This document shows positions 16,873 through 28,171 of a stretch of 64,000 nucleotides of DNA, in pieces. The notes under the pieces were generated by a model. The model saw only the letters and a list, made by a program, of their open reading frames with translations, was not told the DNA's origin and did no database searches. Origin of the DNA: the human T2T-CHM13v2.0 reference genome, Homo sapiens; the NCBI RefSeq assembly GCF_009914755.1, contig NC_060940.1, one strand, 5' to 3'. A program made the translations under genes and the position numbers. How positions within the stretch are numbered: the first letter of the stretch is position 1; each line of letters begins with the position of its first letter.

Positions 16873-17183
16873 CTAAGTCCTCATAATGCACTCATTAAAA
16901 CTCTAGAAATAAAGATTTTAGTGCCATTACATAGAACACTTAAAAAAATCCTCATAGGTATAAATTGTCTATGAATTTTACACTATGTGCCCTGATTAGT
17001 GGTTATTATTTTACTGCTTATACTCAAAAAAATTTAGAATATACTTGTGTAGAATTTTGGCTGCGTTTTTCACTTGAAAAAGAGTTACAACTCCGTTTCC
17101 ATATGGTAGACAGAGGAATCCCTCTAAATATGCGGCAACGGAGTTGCTTCTGTTTCTAAGAGCTGTCTATAGGACCTCTCCTC

Positions 17184-17390
17184 CAGTGGTGTGCTGCAGC
17201 CAGCTTGTATTGGCTGGCGAGAGCCGATTGTGAAATTTTAAGGAAACCTACCAGCTGGTTGATGTCATATTGGCAGCTAGAAATTGGCCATAGAGGGAGT
17301 ATTTATACCACAGAAACTGGAAAACCCTATAAACCAGTGTTTTTCTGTCCCCAGAAAGTTGGTTGTTAAGCGTTTACCAGCACAGCACTG
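17184..17390 (+). mobile_element. MER63A-like hAT MITE, complete
   Basis: TIRs cagtggtgtgctg / cagcacagcactg; near-8-bp TSD ctctcctc / ctctccct; a related partial copy at ~8165-8292. Confidence 0.75.
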
Positions 17391-17811
17391 CTCTCCCTTG
17401 TATAGGAGCCTCCCCTCTTAGCACATTCCATCTCATTTCATCCTCAGATCTACAAATAAGTAGAGAGCTGTGTTGAGGATATAGAGTTTTCATTGAAAAA
17501 AAAAAACACAAAAATCAATGATCTAAACCCTACAGAAAAGCAGGGACAATACAGGATTCTGTGTCCATCCCCCACTCCTCTCTAGGTATTTGGTAATTAT
17601 CTAGCCTCTCCACGTAGCCTTTCTTTTTATTCATTTTTCTAATCTAACTCAGCCATTCTCAAATGTCAATGTGTATGTTAGTATGCATGTGTTGATAATG
17701 CAAAACTACCTGCATGACACTTTGTGGGAATATTAGGGGCTTTTGAGGGTAATTTTAGCCATGCAAGTATTTTCCTGGAGTTGGCATAATACATTTGTTA
17801 AAAGCCGGAAT

Positions 17812-17992
17812 AGTTTTGAATCCCACCTCTGCCACATGCAAGCTACTTAACTTCTCTATGCCTCAAATGAAGGTAATAATGGTACCTTCCCTGTAAGCGT
17901 CTTGGGAGGATTAATTGTGTTAATCTATGTAACATGTTTAGGATTATACCTTGTGTTTAGTTGGTGCAATGTTCATGTTCGCTCCTATTGTT
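17812..17992 (+). mobile_element. MIR
   Basis: tttgaatcccacctctgccac...acttaacttctctatgcctc core. Confidence 0.65.
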
Positions 17993-18025
17993 AGGAAGGA
18001 AGGGAGTGTTTTAATTGATGATTGA

Positions 18026-18993
18026 TGTGGGGGTGGGTTGCCCCTACACACCTGTGGGTGTTTCTCGTAAGGTGGGACGAGAGATTTGGAAAAGAAAAAG
18101 ACACAGAGACAAAGTATAGAGAAAGAAATAAGGGGACCCGGGGAACCAGCGTTCAGCATATGGAGGATCCCGCCAGCCTCTGAGTTCCCTTAGTATTTAT
18201 TGATCATCTGTGGGTGTTTCTCGAAGAGGGGGATGTGTCAGGGTCACAAGACAATTGTGGGGAGAGGGTCAGCAGACAAACACGTGAACAAAGGTCTTGG
18301 CATCATAGACAATGTAAAGGATTAAGTGCTGTGCTTTTAGATATGCATACACATAAACATCTCAATGCTTTACAAAGCAGTATTGCTGCCCGCAGGTCCC
18401 ACCTCCAGCCCTAAGGCGGTTTTTCCCTATCTCAGTAGATGGAGCATACAATCGGGTTTTATACCGAGACATTCCATTGCCCAGGGACAGGCAGGAGACA
18501 GATGCCTTCCTCTTGTCTCAACTGCAAGAGGCATTCCTTCCTCTTTTACTAATCCTCCTCAGCACAGACCCTTTACGGGTGTCGGGCTGGGGGACGGTCA
18601 GGTCTTTCCCTTCCCACGAGGCCATATTTCAGACTATCACATGGGGAGAAACCTTGGACAATACCTGGCTTTCCTAGGCAGAGGTCCCTGCGGCCTTCCG
18701 CAGTTTTTGTGTCCCTGGGTACTTGAGATTAGGGAGTGGTGATGACTCTTAAGGAGCATGCTGCCTTCAAGCATCTGTTTAACAAAGCACATCCTGCACC
18801 GCCCTTAATCCATTCAACTCTGAGTTGACACAGCACACGTTTCAGAGAGCACGGGGTTGGGGGTAAGGTTATAGATTAACAGAATCTCAAGGCAGAAGAA
18901 TTTTTCTTAGTACATAACAAAATGGAGTCTCCTATGTCTACTTCTTTCTACACAGACACAGTAACAATCTGATCTCTCTTGCTTTTCCCCACA
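18026..18993 (-). mobile_element. HERV-K(HML-2) solo LTR, LTR5_Hs
   Basis: 968 bp; minus strand begins TGTGGGGAAAAGCAAGAGAGATCAGATTGTTACTG and ends GGGGCAACCCACCCCCACA; TATAAAA at 18457-18463 and AATAAA at 18196-18201 (minus); CpGs largely intact; no internal viral sequence. Confidence 0.97.
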
Positions 18994-19232
18994 ATTCTGG
19001 CAACTGAGTGAGGGACAGATTGGGTGAGGCCAAGACTGGGAGACCAGGAAGGATCCCCATTTTATTGGTTCACACTGATCTTCCTGAATCAATTGATGGC
19101 ATGTGGCTGTTGAGTGTTAGGTAGACCAAAGCAGTAGCCCTAAGCTGTGACTTAAAGGGCCTTGGTTGGTCACAAAAGACGACCACTTCCCCATGGGCAT
19201 CTATTTGATCAACTTCCATCTAATTACTTTTG

Positions 19233-19535
<303 letters not shown>

Positions 19536-20580
19536 TCTAATTCCTTTTGGAGCTGAGGGCATAATGAAGAGAGGGAAGTAGGAGATGAAGTAAAGGAGCA
19601 GGCAGACATCACAGTTTGAAAAGACCTCAGAGGTCATGGTGAAAGTTTGGATTTCATATTTGCTGCAGTGGAAAGCCATGAGAAATTCTTAAGCAGGTGA
19701 TTCTCCTGTCTCTCCCAGTGCCTTCTAAGTCAGGCACTAGGAGAGATACAAAGCTACAGGTGGTGCCTCAGGGACTTACAAACCAGAAGGTTCCATGCCT
19801 TCCCCTTTAGTGGGTATTATTTGATTTCTGTGAACCCCCTTCTTACATCTTCCACATAAGCAAAAAAAAAAAAAAAAAAAAAAAAAACCCTGCACCACCT
19901 CCTGCAGTGTATGGACATATGAAATGCCGTGGGGTTGTAGTGTGGTGTGATAATTAATAGGAAAAGGGCAAGCAAACTGTAGGACTTAACCTAGCAAAAC
20001 TGGAAAAGCTACAGACATGGCAGTGAGAAAAGATGGATACCGTTTTTCTTCTTGCTTAGACCTGGTTTCTTCAGGGATCACCTTTGCGGTGGAGTTTGTC
20101 ACATCTCCCAAATGCCCAGGCTGGTTTCTTACCTCCTTCTCCATCCAGGCCTTGTCTCACATCCAGGGGCCAATAATAAAGATAAATTTGAGGAGTAATG
20201 AATAAAGACCCATTCCTTCTGGAGCAATAAAATTTATCGTGGCTTAACTAATCTGGCACCATTTATGCCTGCTGCCTGCCTTTCCAGCCATCGAATGACT
20301 AATTGATAACTAATTTCCTCAATTTGTACTTCATTACTTATCACAGCAGAAAGGCTTATACCTAATTCTTTGAGCCAAAGAGACCCCATGAAATCAATGG
20401 AGATGTTACTTGCCAGGGATCTTGGCAAATTGGCCAGCTTCGTGGGAAAGGTGGACTTCTCAATAATACAGCTAACAGGTACTGAGTGTTTATTGCATGC
20501 AGAAACTGGGCTAAGCACGTTACATTTGTATAAAAAATATAAGGGTTCTACAAGATGATGTAAAGGATAAAGCCCTTAAC

Positions 20581-20659
20581 TGTATTATCTTAACACAATA
20601 GAAATTTACCAATGATTTAATGTTATTCTTAACACAATAGAAATTTACTAATGATTTAA
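20581..20659. repeat. Tandem duplication of a ~39-40-bp unit
   Basis: ...tcttaacacaatagaaatttac(c/t)aatgatttaa occurs twice. Confidence 0.9.
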
Positions 20660-20829
20660 TTCAGATGTTTCTGGTTGGCAAAGGATGGGGGAGTTCTGTA
20701 TTGCATTCTTCAGATTCATTGAGACCTAAAATTAAGAACCAAGTTGACTGAGACTCTGCCATCATTACTGCATAGCTGCCAAGCTTGCCCTTGGTCGATA
20801 TTCAGCCAGCAGAGGGAGAAAGAGCATGA

Positions 20830-21168
<339 letters not shown>

Positions 21169-23781
21169 GGGTGGGAAGCTTTTAATAGGCCAGCCTAGAA
21201 GAACACATCATTTCAACTGATAGGGTGTTGGTTATAACTCAGCCACAGAGAGACCAGGAAATGTGGTGTAGACGTGACCCAGGAGGAAATGAGTTTTGTT
21301 GGACAGATTGCCACATGCTTGTGATTTTATTTAATTCTTACAACAGTGCTATGAAGTTGGTCCTCATCCCCACTTCACAGATGTGGAAAGTGAGGCTTGA
21401 AAAGGTTAAGTAGACTTGCTAGTAAGTGGAGGAGCAGATTCTTCAGCTTGTCATCTGTCTGATTTCTGGGCTCATGCTTCTACTACTGTGCTAGACTACT
21501 TCTCTTGGGTCTCAAGCAATGAGAAGCTCTGACAATAAATCTTTCCCCTTCACTACTCTCGCTGGTCATCACCACTGTAGCTGACCCTGACTCACTGTGA
21601 AGTTCTGTACTGGTCAGCCATCACCTCTGCCTGTGGCACTGAGCTTCCCAGAAAAACATCTCTGGAACTTGCAGCAACCTGGGGTTGGAAGCCTGACGGG
21701 ACCCAAGTTGGGTGATACAGAATTCTGAGGCTGACCACCCATATGTGTGGGGGCACAGAGCAAATGTTAAATTGAGCCAGGAAAGACTCCACTAATTAGC
21801 GTTTCTTCTGAACTCTGCCATCCATTGGCTTTTTAACAAATGATGCTATTAATCCTACATGTTCTCGATTCTTCACTTTCTTCATGGGGGGAAAAAGTTG
21901 AAGGCGGTATTGTGGTATTTATCCTTGAAATAATGTTGCCATAGTTACCTCTCGGCTCTATTATAACAGTAGTGCCATAATTGGAGCACGGAGACCTGGA
22001 GATGCTCTTGTAACTGCGAGCTTGGTCCCTAGGTTGGGCATGAAAAGCATCTCTTAGACTGGGGGAGAAAGAAGAGAGGTTGGCCTCAGCAATTAACCCC
22101 AAAGCGCAGCACAGTGGCCCTGTCTGTTGGATGAGAGCATTGCTTGGTGGTGTCCAAAGTGAGCCATTTCTGTGAAGTTGCTTTGTTTTCACATTGTTTT
22201 ACAGTGACACTCTTAGAATGCAAGAATGTAGTGTCTCCATGGAAACTGGAAAGGTACAAAATTAAGACCTCAGAATAGGAAAGCTTCTATGAGCACAGTT
22301 CTGGTGATCACTAATAAAGAAATGATGTGTTGTAAGTACAAGCTGTTGGATGTCAGGGAAGACGTGGAATGGTAAATTTGACATCCTAATCTAATCCAAG
22401 ACCTTCACTTTTTGGATAGGGTGGGAGAAAGGTTATGAATGCACATCTAGGGAATGTATGCTCCCCTAGACAGGAAAAAGGTTTGTTAATGTCCCACTGT
22501 GGCAAAAGCGTGGCTGACCCTCCATGCAACATGAACTTGACTCCACTTACCTCTTGTGTATATGCGAAAGGAAATAGTTAGTGGGTTGTGAGAGGGGCAG
22601 TGTGATACATTGGGAAGACACCATTTGCAGTTAAACCATGGTGAGTTTCACGACTTTGAGCAAATTCATGAAACCTCCATTTGAACCTCCATTTCTACTT
22701 CCATAAAATGGGGAGGCTACTAGTATATACTTCTCTGAAGAACATGCTTCCTTTCTTCACTTTCCTTTTGATGTTTATTTTTGGCAGTATCAGTAGGGGT
22801 TCATTAGCCTAACTTCCTATCCACGAAGGCAAGGTTCAGTTTAGAATGTCTGAATCTGCATCATAGCCTGAGGTCTGTGTTCAGCTTACAGAAGAACCAG
22901 TGGAAACAGGAAGCCATCTCTGGGTACACATGCTGTTTGCCCATAGTGGGAATTGGTGAACTTCTTAGAGAGATGTATCTCTGTTCTGATGCTTGTATTT
23001 CCTTGGTGGATCCTCCTCCACGTCTCTCACCACCTTGTACAATTCCTGACCTCTCATTTGCCTCCTCACATCATGTGTTGACACATTGACAGAAATGCCA
23101 CGCAGCTGTATCAGGGCATTCAAATGCATACACCTCTCAGGCTCACCTTCAGCCCATGCAAATTCAGAGTTTTCTTAATTTCTGTAGCTCTTTCTATTTC
23201 TGTATTTAATGGCACAGAACATGAGGTTCCTTTTGCCGCCAGTGCCAGGCATGTGCTAGATCTCCATTTGGGTAGAAGCAAAGCTCTCATGCTGATCTCC
23301 TTTCCTGTCTGAATACCTTGCAGTGTTTCCCACAAGCCTCTCGGTCTTTCTCTAAAAAGATGGCAGTTACCACTTTGGCTGGCTGGCATTTTTCTGATCT
23401 CCCTGATCCTGTAACAGTATTCCTCTCTGGGATTTTTTTTTCTTGGCATGGCAAGCACTTCTCCCTCACCAGTGCAGGGAAGCCTTTGATACTTCTTGGA
23501 CATCTTGATCAAACGGCCTTAATGCTGCAACCACCTGCAGTTTTACTGTTTAAAACTTCCACATCCCCTTTTGTGCGTATTTCAACTGCACTGAAAATGT
23601 AGGTTTCTATAATCTTGTAGATGGCTATAAATATCCCCACTGGGTTAAAAAAAAAAAAAAACCTTGTATTTGAGCCTCAATATGCTGAGATGTTTTGTGA
23701 TCTAGTAAATAGCAGGAAATTTTTGCTTACCTAATATTTATTGAGTAGCTGTTACATATCAAATAAAGCACCTGACTTTGT

Positions 23782-23902
23782 TAGGGTGACCAGGTTGTCC
23801 AGATTTGCCCGGAATGTTCCCAGTTTTATCATTGAAAGTCCCACATTCTGGAGAAACTGGAAATCTATGGTCCCAGGCAAACAGAGACAGTTGGTTGCCT
23901 TA
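23782..23902. mobile_element. MER81-like hAT MITE within an L2 remnant
   Basis: tagggtgaccaggttgtccagatttgcccgg...ggcaaacagagacagttggttgcctta terminal inverted structure. Confidence 0.65.
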
Positions 23903-23999
23903 GGCACTAGGGGTAAATTGGTAAACAAGACAAAATTTCTTCCCTCAAGGATCTGACAGTTTGATAAACCAGAAAATAAAGATAAGTACTCAGCAATTT

Positions 24000-24054
24000 C
24001 ACACACACACACACACGTATATACATATACATACACACACACATACATATATAC
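24000..24054. repeat. (CA)n/(TA)n microsatellite
   Basis: Direct reading. Confidence 0.9.
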
Positions 24055-24648
24055 CCCCAAAGAATTGTAAGTAGGTATTCAATTACATGTCCATATACGT
24101 GAGTAGCAGCATTCCTCACAATAATAATGTTGTGAAAAGAACCCCATTTCCATCAACAGAGGAGAAGATAAACAAATCGTGGTGTATCCATACCACAGAA
24201 CACTATTTAGCCCTAGAAAAGAAAGAAGTACTGGTATGGATGAACCTTGAAAACATGATGCTAACATTGAAGGAAGGCAGACACAAAAGGCCACATCTTG
24301 TACAATTCAATTTATATGAAATATTTATTAGGTTGGTGCAAAAGTAATTGTGGGGTTTTGCCATTATATTGAAAGTTATTTGAAAGTAATGACAAAAACC
24401 GCAGTTACTTTTGCACCAACCAAAAAGAATAGGTAAATCCAAAGAGACAAAAAGTAGGTTGGTCGTTACTGGGAGCAGAAAGGAGAGAGGAGTAGGGAGC
24501 GAGTGGGGTTTCCCTTTGGGGTGATGAAAATATTTTGGAACTAGATAAGAGAGGTGGTTGCACAACATTGTGAGTTCACTGAATGCCACTGAATTATTCA
24601 CTTTAAAATGGGTAATTGTATGTTATGTAAACTTCACCTCAATGAAAA
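24055..24648 (+). mobile_element. L1MB-type 3' region
   Basis: ggatgaaccttgaaaacatgatgctaa...ggggtgatgaaaatattttggaactagata...ggttgcacaacattgtgag...cacctcaat. Confidence 0.8.
24328..24424. mobile_element. MADE1 (Hsmar1-derived MITE) inserted in the L1MB
   Basis: ttaggttggtgcaaaagtaattg...gcagttacttttgcaccaacc palindromic TIRs. Confidence 0.9.
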
Positions 24649-25037
24649 ACAGATAATGTGGTAATTGATAGGATGGTGGCCAGTAGAAGGTTCTGGGGCA
24701 GGAAGGATCCAGTTGGTAAACAGTGAATGCTAATGCAAGAGTTAGGTCACAGAAAAGATGAAGGGGTAGTGTTTCAAGCAAAAGAAGAAATGCTTCTGTA
24801 GATGTGGGAGGCAGGGGAGCCCTCTCGCTGCTGTTTATTTTGTGACATGGTGATGCACATCTTGTATATTAAGGTGACTTCTGAAGAGTAATATAGAAGC
24901 AGAAAGGTGGGATCACCTTCAGAATGTGCCCCCCAACTTTTTAAAATGGTTTTCTAGCCACTCAGCTGCAAAGAGATAGATCTGGCCTTGCTGTTTGGTA
25001 GTTATTTATTTCCCAAGGAATATGTTCATAGAGTCTT

Positions 25038-25392
25038 TGTATTAGCTGTTCTCTTTCTGCTAATAAAGACATACCCAATACTGGATACTTTATAAAGGAA
25101 AGGGGTTCAATTGACTCAGTTCCACATGGCTTGGGAGTCCTCACAATCATGACAGAAGGCAAGGAAGAGGAAAGTCATGTCTTACATGGCAGCAGGTAGG
25201 AGAGCTTGTGTAGGGGAACTCCCCTTTATAAAACCATCAGATCTCGTGAGAACTCACTATCACAAGAACAACATGAGGGTAACTGCCCCCATGTTTGAAT
25301 TACCTCTCACCGGGTCCTTTCCAGCACACATAGGAATTATGGGAGCTATAATTCAAGATGACATTTGGGTGGGGACACAGCAAACTCTATCA
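25038..25392 (-). mobile_element. THE1C/D MaLR solo LTR
   Basis: tgtattag...gctaataaagacatacc...aaaccatcagatctcgtgagaactcactatcac...ggggacacagcaaactctatca. Confidence 0.88.
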
Positions 25393-25849
25393 GGCTCTTT
25401 GGCTAAATGGGTAAAGAATAAGCTGAGATGGCACATTCTCTGGGAAGACATTCAGTGTCAGCAGGTGACTTGATGCTGGGGTGATATCCCCACTGGAGGG
25501 GCCAATCATCCTAGGTCTGGTCCTTACACAGCTTCCCCTGACCCCTATCAAAGGAAGTTTCAACCCCTCCCAGGAGGCAGGGATGGGAATGAGCTTCATG
25601 GCAGAGTTTGAATTTGGTCTCTGCCCTTTGTCACCTGCGCCTCCTTGGGCAGGTGAACTTCTCCGAGCAGCAATATCATCATCTAGAAAAGGGGAATGGA
25701 AATAAAAATGGATCTATTGTAAGAATAAATGAATTTTCCTGCAAAACCAATAGTATACACTGTCTGGCAAATAACAAGCACTCAGTAATTATTAATTTTC
25801 TCCATTCTTTCCTCTTCATCCTAGACTTAATTAAGATGTATAGTTGAAG

Positions 25850-26600
25850 CTGTGAATAAGCAGTTCACAAAAAGAGAAATCTAAATGGCCGGGACACTTG
25901 GAAAAATGTTCAGACTGGGTAGCAACAAAGGATTTAAAAGTGAAATAAGACATAATTTTTTCTCCTAGAAATTAAGGCAGAAAACGAACAAAAAGAAAAA
26001 AAAAAAAACGAAGAAAGAAAACTCAAGTCAGTGTTGGCCAAGAGGGTTGGGAGTCAGACAGTCTCATACCAGGCTGGTAGAAATACAACGTGGAACAACC
26101 TTTTGTGGGGCAGTTTGGCAATAAGACTAATATGCTCGTTTCAAAAGCCTTAAATGCACGTTTGTGCTTTGACCCGGCAATTCCACTTTGGGAAATTTCC
26201 CCGCGGGGAATAATTAAGGATGTGTTCGCAAACTTAGCCGCAGAAGGCACTCTATAAATAGTTGTTAAATGAAGAAGTAAGTGGTACTCATTGCTGCATT
26301 GTTTATAATAATGAAAATTCCAATAACGGGGAAAAAAATCAAATAATGATGGTTCTGGCCATAAAATGGAATCCTTTGCAGCCATTAAATATGATTTGGT
26401 AAACACGTTTGGATAATTCTGTCATTTACATAGGTCTGGGAAGATATTTCTGATTCCTCAAGTGAAAAATTATGTTAAATGGCATATTGCATGGCTTTGG
26501 CTTGTTTAAAAATATGTATCCGTAAATAAAATTGGGAAGAAAACCTCTTGAAGGATATACAGCAATATGTGAAAAGCAGTTATTGCTGAATAGTGACACT
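25850..26600 (+). mobile_element. Ancient L1ME-type fragments
   Basis: cagttcacaaaaagagaaatctaaatggcc, tttgacccggcaattccactttgggaa, aatggaatcctttgcagccattaaa. Confidence 0.6.
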
Positions 26601-27989
26601 GTGAATGATTTTTTAATTTTCTCCTTTTTGCTTTTTGGTATATTATGAGCATGTACTGTTTGCACATATCTGTTTTTAAAGAAAAACTTAATGTTAAAAT
26701 AGAGGGACTTGTTAGGATAGGGGTGGGTGGTTGGAAATCAAGACAAGAAAGTAGAACATAAATGCGCCCAACACAAGAATGTGGGGCATCTGGCTGGATT
26801 AGAAGTCCATCGTGATTTGGGCAGCCTTCCTTCCCCGCTGTTGGCACTTTAAGCTTTTTCAATTGCAGATCCACACTCGGATCAGAAGGAGGCTTGGTTT
26901 GGCCTGGACCCTCCTTAGGAAGTGTCATGTCTGGGAAACACACACAAGAGCGCTCCTTTGTTCATGCTGCTCGTTGCCCAAGTTGGCTGTGCTTGGGGGT
27001 GACTCGCTCCCAGCTACAGCGATGCAAACGTGTGTCCTCGGGCTGGGCTGTGCAGACAGCCTGCGCCCATGTCTTGGAGGGAGACAGCCAGATTCTGGCT
27101 GTGAGAAAAGCCCCTGGCCCAGGAGGCTCTTGGGGATGAAGGGGGCATGTCTTTACCTTTCCTTATCCCCATATTTTCACCGAGTAAATTGCTGCGATAG
27201 AACATAATTGCTTTTCATTTTATTTTTAAAAATTGCTGCCAAGGCAATCCGCCGGCCTCCTGAAGTCAGCACAAATCTGAAAACACTCACTCCGAGGGAA
27301 TATTTTGAAAACTTGGATTTGAAAAGCGATTTAGCCCCAACGATCAGCAGGTCGAGGTTCAACCGACTGTGGTAACTCGGTTGCACTTTAGCCCCAGAGA
27401 TTCACAGAGCTCATCACTTCCTTTCTCATTGAAGCCTTTGCTCAAATGCTCCCTTCTGAGCTTACACTCCTCTGAATGCGCTGGCTGTCTTAAGTAGCAA
27501 CTCCTTCTTTTGGGTTTCCCAGATCTCTTTTTTATTTCCAGGTATGTATCCCGCCCTGGCATTATATTATTTCTTATTTCTTTATTCACCTGTTTACTCG
27601 TCTATCTCCTATGCTAGAACACATGCACCTCAAGGGCAGGTACTTTATCCTATTCATTGCTGTACCCCCGTGGTTAGAATCACATCACACACACCGTAGG
27701 TGTCTAATAAATACTTAACTAATGAATGAATAAGAGAGAAGGCTGTGAAAGTCTTTTGCAACCAGGAAGATGCTGTGGGGCAGTAGGGTGTGGGTAGGAT
27801 GATTGCATTTGGGCTACTACAACTCTCCAGCTCACAGCCAATGTCATCTGGACACCACATCATGGTTAGATGGGCTGTTCTTAAGTTATTAATAGTCCTG
27901 GAATACCAGGAATATCTATAACGGCATTCTGCCTCAATGCTGGAAGGTACCAGAGGCCTTGAGTTTTCCTTGGTGGGGAGGACAGGACT

Positions 27990-28171
27990 CCTTTCTTCAC
28001 CAGAAGCTGAGTAGATGCCAGCACCCAGCCTCTTGTAAAGCCTGCAGAACCATGAGCCAATTAAACCCCTTTTCTTTTTATTATTCTTATTATTTATACT
28101 TTACCCCTTTTCTTTATAAATTACCCAGGCTCAGGTGTTTCTTTACAGCAATGCAAGAATGGCTTAACACA
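27990..28171 (+). mobile_element. MST-family LTR 3' fragment
   Basis: caccagaagctgagtagatgccagcacc...agcctgcagaaccatgagccaattaaacc...ctttacagcaatgcaagaatggcttaacaca. Confidence 0.75.

Noticed and set aside
18026-18993. HERV-K provirus, SVA, or LTR-encoded ORFs
   Set aside because: Solo LTR only: no PBS/gag/env, no SVA VNTR or hexamer; the ORFs are incidental
19862-19887. Isolated poly-A as a processed-pseudogene tail
   Set aside because: No upstream AATAAA, no TSD and no recognisable mRNA body
20581-20659. CRISPR-like repeat array
   Set aside because: Two adjacent copies without spacers in primate DNA; a simple duplication
25489-25505. CTCF-like motif ccactggaggggcc (similar at ~50054)
   Set aside because: Only a partial match; not supportable without ChIP data
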